Below are positions 61,001-64,000 of a stretch of 64,000 nucleotides of DNA, in pieces. Position 1 is the stretch's first letter; each line of letters opens with the position of its first letter. Source of the stretch: an uncultured Chloroflexia bacterium (GTDB lineage: Bacteria; Chloroflexota; Ktedonobacteria; Ktedonobacterales; JADMIN01); the NCBI GenBank assembly GCA_963785845.1, contig CAWAWP010000003.1, positions 738,862-802,861 of the forward strand. The letters are read 5' to 3'. Position numbers and translations under genes: made by a program. The notes beneath the pieces are model-generated. The model searched no databases and was not told the origin of the DNA. It saw only the letters and a program-made list of their open reading frames with translations.

Positions 61001-63464
61001 GCGCTGGCCGCTCGTCGCGACGTGGTCGCCTCTGCACAGGGCAAGCTCGACGCGATCTCCGCGCAAGTTGAAGAGCGCCGCCAACGCTTCGACACCGCCC
61101 ACGCCGCCGTCGAGTCACTCGTCGCCGCCAGGGAACAGTTGGCCCGCGAGAGCGGCGACGGCCAGGCCGAGGTGGAGCGTCTGCGCGGCGAGACGGCGGA
61201 CGCCCAGCGCGAGAAGCGCGCCGTGGAAGATCGCCTTGCGCTGTTGGAAGAGTGGCGCCGCAACCTCGAAGGCTTCGGCGACGGCGTCCGCGCGCTGCTG
61301 CAAGGCGATGCGCCCGATCGCCCGCCATTGCTCGGCGCCGTCGCACAGCTCGTCGGCTCGCAACCGGGTTTCGAGCAGGCCGTCGAGGCGGCGCTCGGGC
61401 TGTTCGTGCAGGCGGTGGTCGCGCCCACCGAGGACGACGCGCATCGCGCGGCGGAATGGCTCCGCGCCGGGTCCGCTGGTCGCGCGCTCTTTGTCTGGCC
61501 GGAGCATGTGGGGCGCAGCGCTAGCGGGCGTCCGTCGGATGGCCCTTTACCGCCCGCCGACGGCGAGGGGCATCTCGGCTTGGCGCGCGACGCCGCGACC
61601 TGCCGGGACGATCTGCGTCCGCTGGTGGCGCGGCTGCTCGGCGATACCTGCGTGGTGCGCGACCTCGCCGTGCTCCAGCGGACGTATGGTGGCAAGGCGC
61701 TGCCCGCGCCGTTCGTCACGCTCGACGGCGAGATGGTCCATCCCGACGGCTGGCTGCGTGGCGGCAAGGCCAGGGTGGCGCACGGCGGTGGGCATGACTC
61801 CGGCGTGCTTGCGCGCGAACGCGAGTTGCGTCAGCTTCCCGCGGAGGTGGATCGTCTCACCGCCGTCATCGCCGAGCTCCAGGCGCGATTCGAGCGGGCA
61901 CGGACGCTTCAGGCCGAGCGCGGGTCGCGCGGCGACGCGCTGGCGAAGGAGTTGGCGAAGGCCGAGGCGGTGGCGCAGGATCTCGCCAAGGCCGTCACCG
62001 CCGCCACCCGGGAGCAGGAGCGCGCGCAGAACGAGCTACAGGTCGGGCAGACCGTTGTGGAACAGCTGGCGGCGGAGGTCACCGGGCTGGAGCAGGAAGT
62101 CGCGGCCACCGAGGGGCGCGTCGCCGAGCAGGAGGAGGCGCAGCGCGACGCCGCCGAGCGTGTCGAGGAGGTGCAAGCCGAAGTCGACGATATCCTCGCC
62201 GAAGGCCGCCGCCAGCAGGAAGAGTTCGGTCGCGCCCGCACCGCCGTAGCCGTCCAGCGGCAGGAGGCGAAGGCGCTTGGCCAGCGTGTGGAACAGTTGC
62301 GCGCCCAGGCGCGCGAACTCCAGGCGCAGATGAGCCGGCGCAGCGAACGCTTGCGGGTGCTCGGCGCGCAGCAGACGCAACTTAACGTGACCATTGACGA
62401 GCTTGAGACGGCGTTGACCGAGGCGCGAACCCAGGCGCAGGCGCTTACCGAACACCTGCGCGAGCGCGACGCGCACCAGACGGACCTTGAGCGGCGCGCG
62501 CTGGAACTCGAACGCGGTCAGGGCGTCGAGCGGCAAGAGCTCGCCCGCGTGGAGGTCGAGTACCGGCGCTGCATCGTCGATTCGCAGCGCGCCCGCGACG
62601 CCGTGGAGACACTGGCCCAACAGATCCGCGAGGAGCTCGCGGACGAGGACGAAAGCGATCCACTGGCAATGATTCTCGGCGGCGCGCGAGGCAGGCGAAG
62701 AGGCCGAAGATGCGCCCGCGCCGGCGAGTTCGCCGGAGGAAGCGGCGAAGATGCGCCGCCAGATCGACAGCCTGCGCAATCGTCTGAAGCATCTCGGCGG
62801 CTACGATCCCGAGGCGCCGCAGGCATACGCCGAACTGAAGACACGCCACGACTTTCTCAGTGGCCAGGTACGCGATATGGAGCAGGCCTCCACCAACCTG
62901 CGTAGCGTGATCGCCGAGCTCGACGCCACGATGCGCCGGCAGTTCGAGGAGACGTTCCACGCGGTCAACGAACGCTTCCAGCGGCACTTCGTTACGCTCT
63001 TCTCTGGGGGCGCCGCCCGGCTGGAGTTGACCGCGCCGCGCCGCTCGCAGGCCGAGGACGAGGACGACGAGCTGGCCGGAGAGGAGAAGCTCGCCCCCGC
63101 GGCGAAGGGACTCGGTGGCATCGAGGTCTTCGTGCAGATCCCCGGCAAACGGGTGCAAGACCTCTCGCTGCTCTCGGGCGGCGAGCGCGCGATGGTCTCC
63201 GCCGCGCTGCTCTTTGCCCTGCTCGAAACGAATCCGCCGCCCTTCTGCCTGCTCGACGAGGTGGACGCCGCGCTCGACGAGGCCAATGTCGTGCGCTTCT
63301 GCGACATCCTCAAGCAACTGGCGCAGAACACCCAGTTCATCGTCATCACGCATAATCGCGTCACCATGACGCATGCCGACGCGATCTACGGCGTCTCGAT
63401 GGGGCCGGACAGCGTCTCGCGCGTCCTCTCGATGCGCTTGGCCGAGGTAGCCGCCGCTCGCTGA
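58070..63464 (+). CDS. smc: Chromosome partition protein SMC, interrupted by an intein (58181-59869), with an apparent frameshift within 62673-62692
   Basis: ATG 58070 gives MYLKRLELHGFKSF..IVGPNGSGK | intein | SNIADSIRWVLGEQS... Long coiled coils and a hinge follow (..GFEQAVEAALG..). The C-terminal head lies in ORF 62751-63464 (LSGGERAMVSAALLFAL, LLDEVDAALD, ITHNRVTM). The part of the track ORF upstream of 58070 overlaps tnpB and is not coding. Confidence 0.9.
58181..59869 (+). mobile_element. Class-1 intein (563 aa) with a LAGLIDADG homing endonuclease, inserted in the SMC Walker A loop
   Basis: Cys1 block A CLVGESLVTLADG, block B VTATPYHPLF, LAGLIDADG motifs LARFLGLVVAEGRN and AFLSGLFEGDGHV, blocks F/G VYDLCVDETHNFVANNVIVHN, with Ser as the +1 extein residue. 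Confidence 0.9.
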
Positions 63465-63651
63465 TAGGTGGCGGACGTCAGTGGAAGGTGACGACGCTCA
63501 CACCTGCCTCACTTCCCCAGGCGGCTGCACGGGTAGCTCATTGCGACGCCAGTTGGGCGCAACCTATCCAGGCCGCGCCGGGCAGCGCTGGCCCTCTAGC
63601 GCCCGCGGCGGCCACCTGCTATAGTTGGCCGCGAGCAGGAGGTGTGGGGAG

Positions 63652-64000
63652 ATGCCGGGATCCATCGTAGTGCCTGCCGATGGCGTGGCGACCACAACCG
63701 TCGAGTTGTACCGATTGACCGACGACGTCGTCGATGTCATGCTCCGCCTACTACGGCGACGCAGGGACTTCGACGTCGCCTTCCTCCCAATGGATCCGCT
63801 CGCGGACGATCCAGGGGCCAGTGAAGACGACGAAAAGAACTCCGGCTGGACGCTGGGGCACCTCATCGCCCACGTCACTGCCAGCGCCGAGGAGTCCGCT
63901 GCGGTGGCCGCCGAACTGGCCCGCGGGGTGCCCTATCACGGCCGCTCGCGACGCGAGGTACCCTGGCGTGAGATCGCGACCGTCGCGCAGTGCCGCGCTC
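63652..64000 (+). CDS. DinB-family protein (N-terminal part; runs off the right edge)
   Basis: Not in the ORF track. AGGAGGTG then ATG 63652. MPGSIVVPADG..VELYRLTDDVVDVMLRLL..NSGWTLGHLIAHVTASAEES.. resembles the first helices and His of the DinB/YfiT fold. Confidence 0.5.
   Translation, partial: MPGSIVVPADGVATTTVELYRLTDDVVDVMLRLLRRRRDFDVAFLPMDPLADDPGASEDDEKNSGWTLGHLIAHVTASAEESAAVAAELARGVPYHGRSRREVPWREIATVAQCRA

Overview
GC-rich bacterial chromosome segment. The gene content and the Thr/Pro/Ala-linker lipoproteins look Chloroflexota-like, but that is only an inference.

The window has three parts:
1. 1-20.6 kb is ordinary core genome. It holds nnr, treT, the complete t6A operon tsaE-tsaB-rimI-tsaD, yraN, an S41 protease, a peptide-type ABC binding protein, and a TetR-controlled operon with a hydrolase-glycosyltransferase fusion and an MddA-like methyltransferase.
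2. About 20.6-55.95 kb is an accessory mosaic that ends at tRNA-Gly(UCC) (55953-56028, minus strand). Two partial direct copies of the tRNA 3' end (24239-24293 and 42777-42828), each followed by homologous flanking sequence and genes, suggest successive integration of related elements. I found no intact integrase. The mosaic carries:
 - an IS5-family IS with inverted repeats;
 - an ISAs1-family IS with perfect inverted repeats, a 10-bp target-site duplication and a 12-bp x7 internal tandem repeat;
 - a 3'-truncated IS3 copy plus IS3 and IS66 fragments;
 - a split tyrosine integrase;
 - two Imm21-like orphan immunity genes;
 - many gene fragments (NUDIX, CheR, APC permease, histidine kinase, GNAT, acyl-CoA synthetase);
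 - a degraded replicon-like block (CHC2 zinc-finger gene with an in-frame TAG, a possible Rep-like gene, a run of membrane proteins);
 - a vWA gene next to an unknown 297-aa gene;
 - a two-subunit molybdenum hydroxylase and an aldo/keto reductase.
3. 56-64 kb holds an IS200/IS605-type element (degenerate tnpA, intact tnpB with an omega-RNA-like 3' hairpin), then smc, then a DinB-family gene.

The most striking feature is in smc. Its Walker A loop (GPNGSGK|S) is interrupted by a 563-codon class-1 intein that carries a LAGLIDADG homing endonuclease.

No rRNA genes or CRISPR arrays are present.

Caveat: at least 12 otherwise intact genes, including smc, carry a single frameshift, in most cases at a short homopolymer run, and at ten of the 12 sites the frame is restored by adding or removing one base. 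Many apparent pseudogenes may therefore be assembly indels. All domain calls come from reading the translations by eye; no searches were run.
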